Positions 27,490-36,635 of a DNA stretch of 64,000 bases are shown in pieces. Positions within the stretch are counted from its first letter, which is position 1; each line of letters begins with the position of its first letter. Origin of the DNA: Dehalococcoidia bacterium (GTDB taxonomy: Bacteria > Chloroflexota > Dehalococcoidia > GIF9 > AB-539-J10); the NCBI GenBank assembly GCA_007129495.1, contig SKVJ01000021.1:39806-103805 (forward strand), read 5' to 3'. The notes under the pieces are model-generated. The model saw only the letters and a list, made by a program, of their open reading frames with translations. It made no database searches and was not told the DNA's origin. The position numbers and the translations under genes are program-made.

Positions 27490-28589
27490 CCCACTTCGCC
27501 ATCCTGGCCAAGGCGCCGAAACTCTTGAAGAAGCTCTTTCTGCTTCTGCGTAAGGCCTGTGGGTGTCGTAACACGCACTACGACATAGAGGTCGCCTTTG
27601 TGCCTGCTGCCAAGGCGCGGCATACCCTTGCCCTTGAGCCGAATAAGAGAGCCCGTTTGTGTCCCATCGGGCACCTCAAGTGTGCAGTCGCCGTTGAGGC
27701 TTGGTACGGAGAGTGATGCACCCAGTGCAGCCTCGGCGATGCCAATGTCCTGCTGCATATACAGGTCATCGCCTTGACGCTCGAAGACTGGATGCCTGGT
27801 TACGCTGACCACAACATAGAGATCTCCAGAAGCTTTCTCGCCCTCGCCCGGCTCGCCCTCTCCCTCAAGGCGTAGCGTGTGACCGGTATCCACCCCGGGC
27901 GGTATGGTTAGAGTGACGTCGTGGACCTCTTCCAGCACGCCCATACCACCGCAAAGGGAACAACTCTCTTTGATGAAGCGGCCTGTGCCACGACAGTCGC
28001 CGCAGACGCTGATCTCACGGAAGACACCGATCGGCGAGCGATGCTCTCTCACGGCCTGGCCGCTGCCGTCGCAACGTTCACACGTACTGACGGCTCCTTC
28101 CTTGGCTCCAGTGCCGCGACACGATGTACATGTGCGGCGACGCGGGATCTCCAGCACACGCTCCGTTCCGGATGCCGCTTCCTCAAGGGGAAGTTCCAGG
28201 TTATACCTCAGGTCGGCGGCTCTGCGCCGCTCTCTCGTGCTGGTTCGTCCCCGCCCAAACAGATTTTCGAATATACCGTTGCCGAAACCGAAACCACCCA
28301 GACCGAATTCACGGAATAGACTCGAGAAGTCGACGCCGCTAAAGATGTCGGATTGGCTGTAGCCTGTGAGGCCGTCATGACCGTACAGGTCGTATATCCG
28401 GCGCTTGTTGCCATCGCACAGCACCGCATATGCCTCGTTTACCTCTTTCATTCTGACGAGGCATTCGTTATCTCCCGGGTTGCGATCCGGGTGATAACGC
28501 ATCGCCAGTGTGCGATACGCGCGTTTTAGTGTAGTCTCGTCGGCGGTACGGTCAAGACCGAGAATCTCGTAATAATCTCTTCTCTCCAT
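27486..28589 (-). CDS. dnaJ: molecular chaperone DnaJ
   Basis: ORF 27486-28688. I moved the start to ATG 28589 (MERRDYYEILGL). Contains the J-domain HPD motif, a G/F region and four CxxCxGxG zinc-finger repeats. Confidence 0.9.
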   Translation of the reverse strand: MERRDYYEILGLDRTADETTLKRAYRTLAMRYHPDRNPGDNECLVRMKEVNEAYAVLCDGNKRRIYDLYGHDGLTGYSQSDIFSGVDFSSLFREFGLGGFGFGNGIFENLFGRGRTSTRERRRAADLRYNLELPLEEAASGTERVLEIPRRRTCTSCRGTGAKEGAVSTCERCDGSGQAVREHRSPIGVFREISVCGDCRGTGRFIKESCSLCGGMGVLEEVHDVTLTIPPGVDTGHTLRLEGEGEPGEGEKASGDLYVVVSVTRHPVFERQGDDLYMQQDIGIAEAALGASLSVPSLNGDCTLEVPDGTQTGSLIRLKGKGMPRLGSRHKGDLYVVVRVTTPTGLTQKQKELLQEFRRLGQDGEVG

Positions 28590-28887
28590 GATGTTGCAGG
28601 TACAAGTAGAAAGGAGTGCAGGGCGATCCCACGCCGCCGACAATTGTAGCACCACGTAGCGAGGTCCACCAACTGTCTCTGCGACCAACTGGCAGCAGCA
28701 CCCCTGCGAGCCAAAATCGGCGGATGGAATCGTCCTGATGACAGGTACTTGGCCGTCAGGTAGTCGCCAAGGTACTATGTAGTGTACCGGTGCATCGGCG
28801 GGAGTACGCGAGGCAGAAAAGGCCTCTGACGATGGTCACGCGTTGCGGAGTCAGTGCGGTGAAACCCGGATATGTGGGGGTGACGAA

Positions 28888-29238
28888 TTGCAGCATGAAG
28901 ATAGGGTAGACCCGGAACGACAGGATCTCAAGGGACGGGCCTTGAAGATGGCCGATATGGTTGCGTACCAGCAGGGCGCGGTCGTTAGTAGGACCGTAAT
29001 CGACAGGAAGGTGGGGACTGTCACGCTGTTCGCCTTCGACAAGGGGCAGGGATTGAGCGAGCATACCGCTCCATATGATGCCTTGGTCTGTATCCTCGAT
29101 GGTGAAGCACGGGTCACCATCTCCGGGAAAGCCGTGAAAATTAAGACCGGGGAGATGATTGTAATGCCTGCGAATGAACCCCATGCATTGGATGCAACGG
29201 CCGCGTTCAAGATGATGCTGGTGATGATAAGGTCGTGA
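28888..29238 (+). CDS. cupin domain protein
   Basis: ORF 28843-29238. Contains VAYQQGAVVSRTVI, H..PYDALVCILDGEA and EPHAL. The start is uncertain: TTG 28888 or ATG 28948. Confidence 0.7.
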   Translation: MQHEDRVDPERQDLKGRALKMADMVAYQQGAVVSRTVIDRKVGTVTLFAFDKGQGLSEHTAPYDALVCILDGEARVTISGKAVKIKTGEMIVMPANEPHALDATAAFKMMLVMIRS

Positions 29239-29289
29239 CACGATGTGTGGCACTTGACACAAGGCTCAAGAGTGCTGCTCGCATCTCCG

Positions 29290-30066
29290 TTACTTGCGGC
29301 GAGACACGTAGATGTCTGCTTCCAGCATCTGTCCGTTACGAAAGTAATGATGCACGAAATAGAGATTGCCACGCCTGTCCAGCGTCGGCTCCGCCGCAAA
29401 CTGTGACACGATGAGTTCCGGTTCCTCCCATCCGGTGGGTCCAGGAAATGCACGGAATACTGCCGGCGTGCCCAAGTGGGTTCGCGTGAACCAGAGTTCA
29501 CGACCGCCTTCGCTGATGAACGGCCACCCTTCGGTCTCGTGCGGATGCAAACCACATTTCTTCGCCAGAACGAAAGGCGCTCCGTCGAGAGCAAGCTTGT
29601 CGGGGTCCTGCAGCACCACGCGTTCAGCTTCGCTCCATGTGCCATCTTCTACGTGGCTGACGTAGATGCCGGTGACGCCGTCGATTATCTGCTGCTCCGG
29701 TGGCACACGAACGTCAGGGGTGAAGAAGAAGTACATGGTCGTGCCATCAGGGGTAACGAATGCTGAGTCTTCCGCTCCAGCAGTCTTGACGCCTCCAGAC
29801 ACGGGTTCGGACGTGTGAAACTCGTCGCTGTGAAGAATCGGCGAATGGGAGTCGGTGTCCGGGGTGATCTTGACTGCATCATGCGGCAGTGCGTCGATGC
29901 GTGAGAGGCGCTCGGCAACCTCGGGTGACTCACCTGGGTGAGGTGTCTCGGGTGTCTTGGCAATGGCCGGTAAGTCGTCGTAGGCCGTCAACAGGAACAG
30001 CGGACACGCCAGGAGCATGAGTGCCGCTACACGTTTCAGGACTTCCGGGGTGGCTGACACCTGCAT
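29290..30066 (-). CDS. exported protein, TolB/PD40-like beta-propeller repeats (putative)
   Basis: 258 aa with a signal peptide (VAALMLLACPLFLL). Contains DSAFVTPDGTTMYFF and GGRELWFTR repeat-like segments. Confidence 0.55.
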   Translation of the reverse strand: MQVSATPEVLKRVAALMLLACPLFLLTAYDDLPAIAKTPETPHPGESPEVAERLSRIDALPHDAVKITPDTDSHSPILHSDEFHTSEPVSGGVKTAGAEDSAFVTPDGTTMYFFFTPDVRVPPEQQIIDGVTGIYVSHVEDGTWSEAERVVLQDPDKLALDGAPFVLAKKCGLHPHETEGWPFISEGGRELWFTRTHLGTPAVFRAFPGPTGWEEPELIVSQFAAEPTLDRRGNLYFVHHYFRNGQMLEADIYVSRRK

Positions 30067-30249
30067 TGCCTTATTCCCATCGGCACACCCATCGCAGAAT
30101 CACTCATTTCGAGTGTAGTACATGTATGTATGGCGAGAAGACGAGACTTGCCACCACCCGCAAAACAAAGGTATTCTTTCGGTGGGACTGACGCAATGCA
30201 TCATGTAAATCCGGTTATTGTGGTGGTCATACGCCAGTGAATCTGGCAA

Positions 30250-30281
30250 GGGGCATGTCATATGACATGCCCCCTTTTTTT
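30250..30281 (+). terminator. intrinsic terminator (plus-strand orientation) with no upstream plus-strand gene
   Basis: Perfect 24-nt palindrome GGGGCATGTCATATGACATGCCCC followed by C and a T7 run. On the minus strand it is followed by TTGCCAG, with no T run. Confidence 0.7.
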
Positions 30282-30363
30282 GTCGCGGAATCGACTATCA
30301 TTCACGGGCGGCGAAAGAACATAGGATATGACAGGTAACTTGTCCTGAAGGAGGTGTAAGAGC

Positions 30364-30924
30364 ATGCTCGAAATCCTGTTTCACGGGAGAGGTGGACAGG
30401 GGGCGGTCACGGCCGCGAATGTACTGGTTGCGGCTGCGCTGAAGGATGGTCACAAGGGTGTACAAGCCTTTCCACTCTTCGGCTCGGAGCGCCGTGGAGC
30501 ACCCGTTAAGGCGTTTGCTCGAATAGCCGAGAGCGACGTTGATCTCAGGAGCCAGATATACAGTCCTGACATAGTTGTTGTGGTTGACCCCGGTCTGTTG
30601 AAGCTGGTGGACGTTACGGATGGACTCAAGATCGACAGCGTCCTAGTCCTCAACACCACGGGTAAAGCTGCCGACTTCGAATTCTCGAAGAGGTTCCGTG
30701 TTGCCACAGTTGACGCGGCAGCGATTGCCATCAAACACAAGCTCCTGGTAGGTGGAATACCTATCATAAACACCCCGGTTCTTGGCGCAATTCCGCGTGT
30801 GACCGATCTCGTGTCGATCGAATCCATCGAGAGTGCCATCAAGGACCAGTGGCAAGGTGAAGCTGGAGAACGAAACGCACGTGCGGCCCGCGAGGCGTAT
30901 GAGCAGACGGAGGTGAACGATTGA
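30364..30924 (+). CDS. pyruvate/2-ketoisovalerate-type ferredoxin oxidoreductase, gamma subunit
   Basis: 186 aa. The N-terminus is MLEILFHGRGGQGAVTAANVL. It is the first gene of a gamma-delta-alpha-beta operon. Confidence 0.9.
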   Translation: MLEILFHGRGGQGAVTAANVLVAAALKDGHKGVQAFPLFGSERRGAPVKAFARIAESDVDLRSQIYSPDIVVVVDPGLLKLVDVTDGLKIDSVLVLNTTGKAADFEFSKRFRVATVDAAAIAIKHKLLVGGIPIINTPVLGAIPRVTDLVSIESIESAIKDQWQGEAGERNARAAREAYEQTEVND

Positions 30925-31190
30925 CTTATAAGCCGAAGACTACTATTTCGCGCCCGGTTCAGGGGGCTATGGGTAAGACCGGATCCTGGAGAGACTTCCG
31001 GCCGACGCTGGATGTTGATAAATGCATCAAATGTCTGCGATGCTGGATATCGTGTCCTGACGCATGTATAAGGCGGGCGGAGGATGATTCAGTCTCCATC
31101 GACTATGACTACTGCAAAGGCTGTGGCATTTGTGCTAACGAGTGCCCGACGGAGGCCATTACCATGACCAGGGAGGGACTGGAGCAATGA
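30921..31190 (+). CDS. pyruvate/2-ketoisovalerate-type ferredoxin oxidoreductase, delta subunit (2x[4Fe-4S])
   Basis: 89 aa. Contains CIKCLRCWISCP and CKGCGICANECP. Confidence 0.9.
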   Translation: MTYKPKTTISRPVQGAMGKTGSWRDFRPTLDVDKCIKCLRCWISCPDACIRRAEDDSVSIDYDYCKGCGICANECPTEAITMTREGLEQ

Positions 31191-32338
31191 TTATGATTGA
31201 TACCGGAGACCGCATCGCGGCTAAGGCCGCGCAAATGGCGCGGCCCGAGTTCATAGCGGCGTATCCCATAACGCCGCAAACGGTAATCGTTGAGAAGACA
31301 GCCGACATGGTTGAGTCCGGCGAACTTGATGCCGAGTACGTGCGCGTTGAGAGTGAACACAGCGCCATGACAGCCGTCATCGGTGCAGCGGCCACCGGGG
31401 TGAGAACATTCACCGCGACATCCGCACATGGCCTGGCCCTAATGCATGAGATGCTGCATTGGGCGGCAATGTCGAGGCTTCCGATAGTGATGGTCGATGT
31501 CAACCGCGCTCTCGGTCCCGGATGGAACATCTGGGCCGACCAGAGCGATGCACTGTCGCAGCGCGACACCGGATGGATACAGGTCTATTGCTCGAATGGC
31601 CAGGAGATATTCGACAGCATTATACAGGCGTATCGCCTCGCTGAGATGGAGGATGTGCAGGTACCAGTGATGGTCAACTTCGACGCGTTTGTGCTGTCGC
31701 ACACGTCAATGCCGGTCGAGCTTCCTGAGCAGTCGGAAATAGATGCGTTCCTGCCCCCGTTGAAGCCACTGTGGAAGATTGACCCCGACGACCCGGTAAC
31801 GTTTGCAAACATGCTGCCCCAATCAGAGTACGGCGGTATGCGCAAGAACCTGCATGAAGGACTTCTGAATGGGAGAAGACATTGGCCGCAGGTATGTCGT
31901 GAGTGGAAAGAGCGGTTCGGGACGCATCACGGAGACCTAATTGAGGAGGTCGAGTGCGAGGACGCGGATTACGTGATCGTCGCTATGGGTGCCTTTGGCG
32001 CTGAGGCGCGAGTCGCAGTACGGGAATTGCGCCAGCAGGGAATGAAAGTGGGACTTGCACGGGTGAGGATGTTCAGGCCGTTTCCAGATGACGAGTTCCG
32101 GAGGCTCGCACCCGGCCGAACGTTTGTAGTCATCGAACGCAACGTCTCCCCCGGGGCGGGAGGCACTATCTATTCTGAGTTGCGGTCGTCACTTTACGGC
32201 CACGCAAATTCGAAGCTGCACGGGTTTATCGCCGGCCTTGGGGGCAGGGATCTGACTTTCAACGACATGTGCGCAATGGTTAAGAAAGCGGCGAACGGTG
32301 AGGCGGGGGATGTGGAGTGGTGGGGAATCCAGGACTAA
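31187..32338 (+). CDS. pyruvate/2-ketoisovalerate-type ferredoxin oxidoreductase, alpha subunit
   Basis: ORF 31142-32338. I moved the start to ATG 31187, which overlaps the delta stop (ATGA). Contains FIAAYPITPQT. Confidence 0.9.
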   Translation: MIMIDTGDRIAAKAAQMARPEFIAAYPITPQTVIVEKTADMVESGELDAEYVRVESEHSAMTAVIGAAATGVRTFTATSAHGLALMHEMLHWAAMSRLPIVMVDVNRALGPGWNIWADQSDALSQRDTGWIQVYCSNGQEIFDSIIQAYRLAEMEDVQVPVMVNFDAFVLSHTSMPVELPEQSEIDAFLPPLKPLWKIDPDDPVTFANMLPQSEYGGMRKNLHEGLLNGRRHWPQVCREWKERFGTHHGDLIEEVECEDADYVIVAMGAFGAEARVAVRELRQQGMKVGLARVRMFRPFPDDEFRRLAPGRTFVVIERNVSPGAGGTIYSELRSSLYGHANSKLHGFIAGLGGRDLTFNDMCAMVKKAANGEAGDVEWWGIQD

Positions 32339-32349
32339 GGGGGTACTGA

Positions 32350-33267
32350 ATGGCAATCAAGAGTTTGCCTGCTGAAGAGTTATTGAACACCGGCAATACC
32401 GGTTGTCCGGGTTGTCCTTCGAGTCTTGCGCTGCGCATCGCCCTGAAGGCACTGGGCAAGAACACCGTGTTCACGATTCCTGCCTGCTGTGCGGTAGTCT
32501 GCCTGGGAGGCTATCCCAATACGACCTTCAACGTACCAGTGATGAGCGTCGCATTTGAGGCAGCCGCGGCTGGCGCCTCGGGACTCGTTGCGGGACTTAA
32601 GCGGCAAGGGAAGGAAGACACGAATGTAGTGGTGTGGGCTGGGGACGGCGGAACCTACGATATTGGCATCCAGGCGCTCTCCGGCGCGGTCGAAAGAGGC
32701 ACCAACTTCATCTACATCTGCTACAACAACGAGATGTACTCCAACACCGGCATCCAGAGGAGCGGCGCCACGCCCTACGGTGCATGGACTACTACCACGT
32801 GGACCGGCAAGACCGAGGGCAAGAAGGACTTGCCTGCCATCATACGTGCGCATGGAGTCCCCTACATGGCAACAGCGGTTGCGAGCTATCCGGAAGACCT
32901 GTTCCAGAAGGTGCGCAAGGCAATGTCCATCAAGGGGCCGAAGTATATCGAGATACTCGCCCCTTGTCCTCCCGGATGGCGGTATCCGATGGAGAAGACC
33001 GTGGAGATGGGACGTCTCGCAGTTGAGACTGGCGCGTGGGCCCTTTATGAGTATGAGAACGGTTTACTCAATTTCAATCTCAAGAGCAAGTCGATCCTTG
33101 AAAAGAAGTCGGACCCCAAGCCGCTTGAAGAGTATCTTAAGCTGCAGGGTCGCTTCGCCGGGCTGTTCAAGCCCAAGCGGAATGATGAGGCTCTTGCACG
33201 GATACAGCAGGACCTGGATAGGAGTTGGGACCGGTTCCGCAAGCAGGTTGAATGCGGCATCGCTTGA
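32350..33267 (+). CDS. pyruvate/2-ketoisovalerate-type ferredoxin oxidoreductase, beta (TPP) subunit
   Basis: 305 aa. Contains CPGCPSSLALR and the TPP motif WAGDGGTYDIGIQALSG. Confidence 0.9.
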   Translation: MAIKSLPAEELLNTGNTGCPGCPSSLALRIALKALGKNTVFTIPACCAVVCLGGYPNTTFNVPVMSVAFEAAAAGASGLVAGLKRQGKEDTNVVVWAGDGGTYDIGIQALSGAVERGTNFIYICYNNEMYSNTGIQRSGATPYGAWTTTTWTGKTEGKKDLPAIIRAHGVPYMATAVASYPEDLFQKVRKAMSIKGPKYIEILAPCPPGWRYPMEKTVEMGRLAVETGAWALYEYENGLLNFNLKSKSILEKKSDPKPLEEYLKLQGRFAGLFKPKRNDEALARIQQDLDRSWDRFRKQVECGIA

Positions 33268-33672
33268 GCCGTAGAAGGGCGCTGCTGTGAAGTGGGGCCG
33301 AGTCGACGTGTGAGGAAGCAGGCAGCTGGCAGCTGGAGAATTCGGCGAGTCCGAGCAGGTGCAGGCTATGGATTACGCCAATGGGCATTACGCCAGCTGG
33401 CTTCAGGCTGCGACGTTGCTTGTCGTCTGGAACAGGCCAATGTGCTCGCAGTGGCCGTACGTGTCGGGTAACGTTCGCATCGATGCCGCGCCAAGGCTGA
33501 AATGCATCCGCGTTGGACGTCTTCAGTGCACTGACACCGAGTGCTATCGTCTATGTCCATATACTCAGTGATGCCTGTCACGTGTCGTCGAAGAAAGGAC
33601 TCGGTGCCGGAAGGGCAATTGTATATATCAGACCCGTCTTTGCGTTCACCGACATCCCTCATGCATCTGTGT

Positions 33673-33897
33673 TCAGGCGGAGCCCACTGTATCTCTTGTG
33701 TTGATGCACTGTGACTTCTCGCAGAGACGCTCGACGTCGGCGTCGCTGAACAATCTCCATCCGTGCCGGTCGGCTGTGGTGACATCTTCGAACTCTCCGG
33801 AACGCAGCCAGCGGAAGAAGGTGTTCTTGCTGATTCCGGCGGCCTCGCACGCCTCGGCGGTTCTGTAGTAAGTCGTTCCACGTATGGTTGTTGTCAT
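33673..33897 (-). CDS. MerR/excisionase-type helix-turn-helix DNA-binding protein
   Basis: 74 aa. YYRTAEACEAAGISKNTFFRWLRSGE is typical of the excisionase/MerR HTH_17-type fold. Confidence 0.7.
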   Translation of the reverse strand: MTTTIRGTTYYRTAEACEAAGISKNTFFRWLRSGEFEDVTTADRHGWRLFSDADVERLCEKSQCINTRDTVGSA

Positions 33898-34246
33898 GAC
33901 ATCACCCCTGTGTTACTACCCAGATATACCCGAATATAGATGCCACGCCTGTAGCGACTTAAGACACTAAGGTACTGTACGCGGTTCGATAATAGTGCGG
34001 CGACCACGTTACCGGACAAAGGTCGCCTTGGCCGTCAGCTTTCGTTGCGACAACGATTGTCGTGGGCCGTCGCTCAAGCTACTGCGCGATGCGAGCGCCG
34101 ATGTGACCGGCGAGGCCGGCTGTCGGCCCGGGTTGACTCCCGTTTGACCGACCGTGGATATGGCGACGGTGCCCTCGTGGACGATCGACGTGGACGACAC
34201 GAATGGTGTCAGTCGCGTCCAGGTCGCGGCAATCCGGATCTCGAGA

Positions 34247-34555
34247 TTAGGTACCCTTGAGTCCCTCTATTTCCTCCTGCACCTCTTCCGCACCTTCTTC
34301 ATAGAAGCCCTGTTCGTCGGGCGCGAGTTCATAGAGTAGCCTCAAGAATTCGCCTGCATGCACACGCTCCTCGTCGGCGATGTCCTTGAGCACTCGGATG
34401 GCGAGCTTGTTGTCGGTGGATTCGGCGAGTTGCATGTACAGCTGGATTGCCTCGTACTCGGCCGCAATCGAGAAGCGGATAGCTCGAATCAACTCTTCAT
34501 CTGTCACTTTTCGTCCGTGCGCCAATCCCGCGAACGGGGTTCCAAAATCTGGCAT
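34247..34555 (-). CDS. ferritin-like protein of the EncFtn/rubrerythrin-like ExxH type
   Basis: ORF 34247-34651. I moved the start to ATG 34555, behind GAGGAGGTGA. Contains AAEYEAIQLY and DIADEERVHAGEF (E...Y, ExxH) di-iron ligand motifs. Confidence 0.7.
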   Translation of the reverse strand: MPDFGTPFAGLAHGRKVTDEELIRAIRFSIAAEYEAIQLYMQLAESTDNKLAIRVLKDIADEERVHAGEFLRLLYELAPDEQGFYEEGAEEVQEEIEGLKGT

Positions 34556-34876
34556 ACTGTCACCTCCTCTTTGCTGTTGACCTTGCAATGATATCCGGTC
34601 CGCTGGGCGAACGTTGCAGCTATTCGACTTGGTCGCCGTTGCCATAAGCATGGTTGTTGTGTGGCGCTTTCGTCACCGGCCTCCAAGTCTGGTCAATCTC
34701 ACAAAACGATTATGCCGCGATGTATCGAAAGGATACAAATCCCGCTACGGGTAGCTGTGGAAAGAATAGTTTGCAGGGTCTTGTATCTGCCGCCTGCTCA
34801 GCGGTGGCTCTTTCGCTTAGCGATGGGATACGCTACTATTCGGTCGGCACTGCTACCTGTTTGGGGGCATTGCCAT

Positions 34877-35461
34877 ATGATAGGAGGTGCAGTGAAGACT
34901 CTGGTTGTATGCTACTCGAACAGCGGCACGACCATGATCGTTGCTGAATACCTGGCTCAGGCACTGACAGCTGACTTCGACGTTATCGAGGAAGTGAAGC
35001 CAAGACCTCCCCTCCTCTACAAGGGAGAGAGATCGAAGGCAGGTGGGGGTACCTTTGTGAAGGCAGTGTGCGCGGCGCTCTTTGGACGCAGTTCCAGAAT
35101 CGCAGCGACAAGAAAGGATCCTTCACAGTATGATCTGGTATTGGTGGGAACTCCAATATGGGCCGGGTCAGTTACGCCTGCGGTCCGCAGCTATCTCAGG
35201 CGGCATAGGAAGCAACTCCGGCGTGTGGCATTCTTCTGCACCGCTGGTATGCCTGAAAAGAGTCGCGCATTCAGGCAAATGAAAAGACTGGCTGGCAAAC
35301 AGCCGATGGACACGGTTGGAGTTAAGTCCGATGATGTGCGTACCGATGCGTGTCCTCTTATTATCGACGGATTTGTGAAGAATCTGAAGGCGGCAGGTCA
35401 GGCTGAGCACCTTGCGTCGGTTGTTGCACCGGTTACTCGTGGTGAAACTCACTCGGAATGA
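34877..35461 (+). CDS. flavodoxin family protein
   Basis: ORF 34661-35461. The likely start is ATG 34877 or GTG 34892, behind GGAGG (KTLVVCYSNSGTT). Also contains LVLVGTPIWAGS. Confidence 0.75.
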   Translation: MIGGAVKTLVVCYSNSGTTMIVAEYLAQALTADFDVIEEVKPRPPLLYKGERSKAGGGTFVKAVCAALFGRSSRIAATRKDPSQYDLVLVGTPIWAGSVTPAVRSYLRRHRKQLRRVAFFCTAGMPEKSRAFRQMKRLAGKQPMDTVGVKSDDVRTDACPLIIDGFVKNLKAAGQAEHLASVVAPVTRGETHSE

Positions 35462-35943
35462 ATGAGATCATGGGCAAATCTGAATGCCCTCTTCAGGTCA
35501 GTGTTATTCGGATGTCCCTTTGCGATTCCTCCCAGCCTGCCCCAGGGGCCGTACGTATCAAATCCCCTGCAGTCGAACTCGCCCACGATGGTGTAGCCCT
35601 TGCGCTGGAGGATACGACGCAGTTTGCGGTGATAGTCCACGCCGATCAATCGTGGTATCCGGTGGCCTGTGCCGCTTGTTGAAAACAGGAATGCACCACA
35701 ACCCTGAACGGGATTCAACGATCCTGCGAATTGAAGCAGGTCTCTATGGTGCGACCCAAAAAAAATACCGGAGCCGAAGCCTGCGACGTCCGCATTATGG
35801 ATTGCCTCGTGCGCTTCGTCTCCTGGTCTCAGTACCCATCCGCCAGTAGCCGAGGCCATGGCCTCAGCTACAACGTGAGTGTTTCCATGATGCACGGATG
35901 TGCACACGATAACGGAATTGACGGGTGCCATCAGGGACGGCAT
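35449..35943 (-). CDS. flavodoxin-like protein
   Basis: 164 aa. Contains VIVCTSVHHGNT and GFGSGIFFGSHH. It is convergent with the other flavodoxin gene and overlaps it. Confidence 0.7.
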   Translation of the reverse strand: MPSLMAPVNSVIVCTSVHHGNTHVVAEAMASATGGWVLRPGDEAHEAIHNADVAGFGSGIFFGSHHRDLLQFAGSLNPVQGCGAFLFSTSGTGHRIPRLIGVDYHRKLRRILQRKGYTIVGEFDCRGFDTYGPWGRLGGIAKGHPNNTDLKRAFRFAHDLIHSE

Positions 35944-36383
35944 CCGGCTGGAGGTATCGTCAGGAGTGGGCCTGCCCAGTGATCCATTACGTGCCGGGTG
36001 ACTGATCCCACCGTCCAGCGCACGAAACCTGACTTGCCGTGCGTGCTTATAGCAATGAGATCGACGCCGTTGTGCTTGGCATACTCCAGTATCTCGTTGG
36101 CCGGATGACCTTCCCGCACAACCGTCTCCACCCGGCCGCAGTGCGGACGCAAACTGTCCGTTACGTAGGACAGGTACTCCTCAGCAGCGCGGTGTTGGGC
36201 CTTCTGTATATCCATTGCTGATTGGTCGCCGACATAGTTAGCAAGGCTGGGAGAGTATGGCTCGACCACCCGCAGCAGCACCACATTCGCGATGTTGCAG
36301 CTCTTGGCCAGCATGCGCACATGGTCGAGTATGCATTCGGACTCTTTGGACCCGTCGAGACTGATCAGGACCTTTTCGTACAA
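35931..36383 (-). CDS. universal stress protein (UspA family)
   Basis: 150 aa. Contains KVLISLDGSKES and the ATP-binding-type motif ISTHGKSGFVRWTVGSV. Confidence 0.88.
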   Translation of the reverse strand: MYEKVLISLDGSKESECILDHVRMLAKSCNIANVVLLRVVEPYSPSLANYVGDQSAMDIQKAQHRAAEEYLSYVTDSLRPHCGRVETVVREGHPANEILEYAKHNGVDLIAISTHGKSGFVRWTVGSVTRHVMDHWAGPLLTIPPAGCRP

Positions 36384-36635
36384 CTTTCACCCCCCTACTT
36401 CTGAAGCCTGCTGCAGGACAGCTCAGGAATTCGACCGATATGTGGCTGCTCCCACTGCTTATAGTAGTGACGCGGAGTATAGCTGGTGCAAATTCGGTGG
36501 TCAAAATGAAGTTCGGATAGCTGCAGAATAGGGACTCTGACGTGTTGGGACTCATATTGTATACTCGCAGGTGCATGATGAAGGTCCGCCTGAGCGTGTG
36601 GCAGACGAGTGATATTGAGTTGAGGAGTGTGATGT

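Noticed and set aside
28851-29645. 264-aa minus-strand ORF spanning the cupin gene and the exported-protein gene
   Set aside because: It overlaps two better-supported genes in other frames and strands, and has no motifs.
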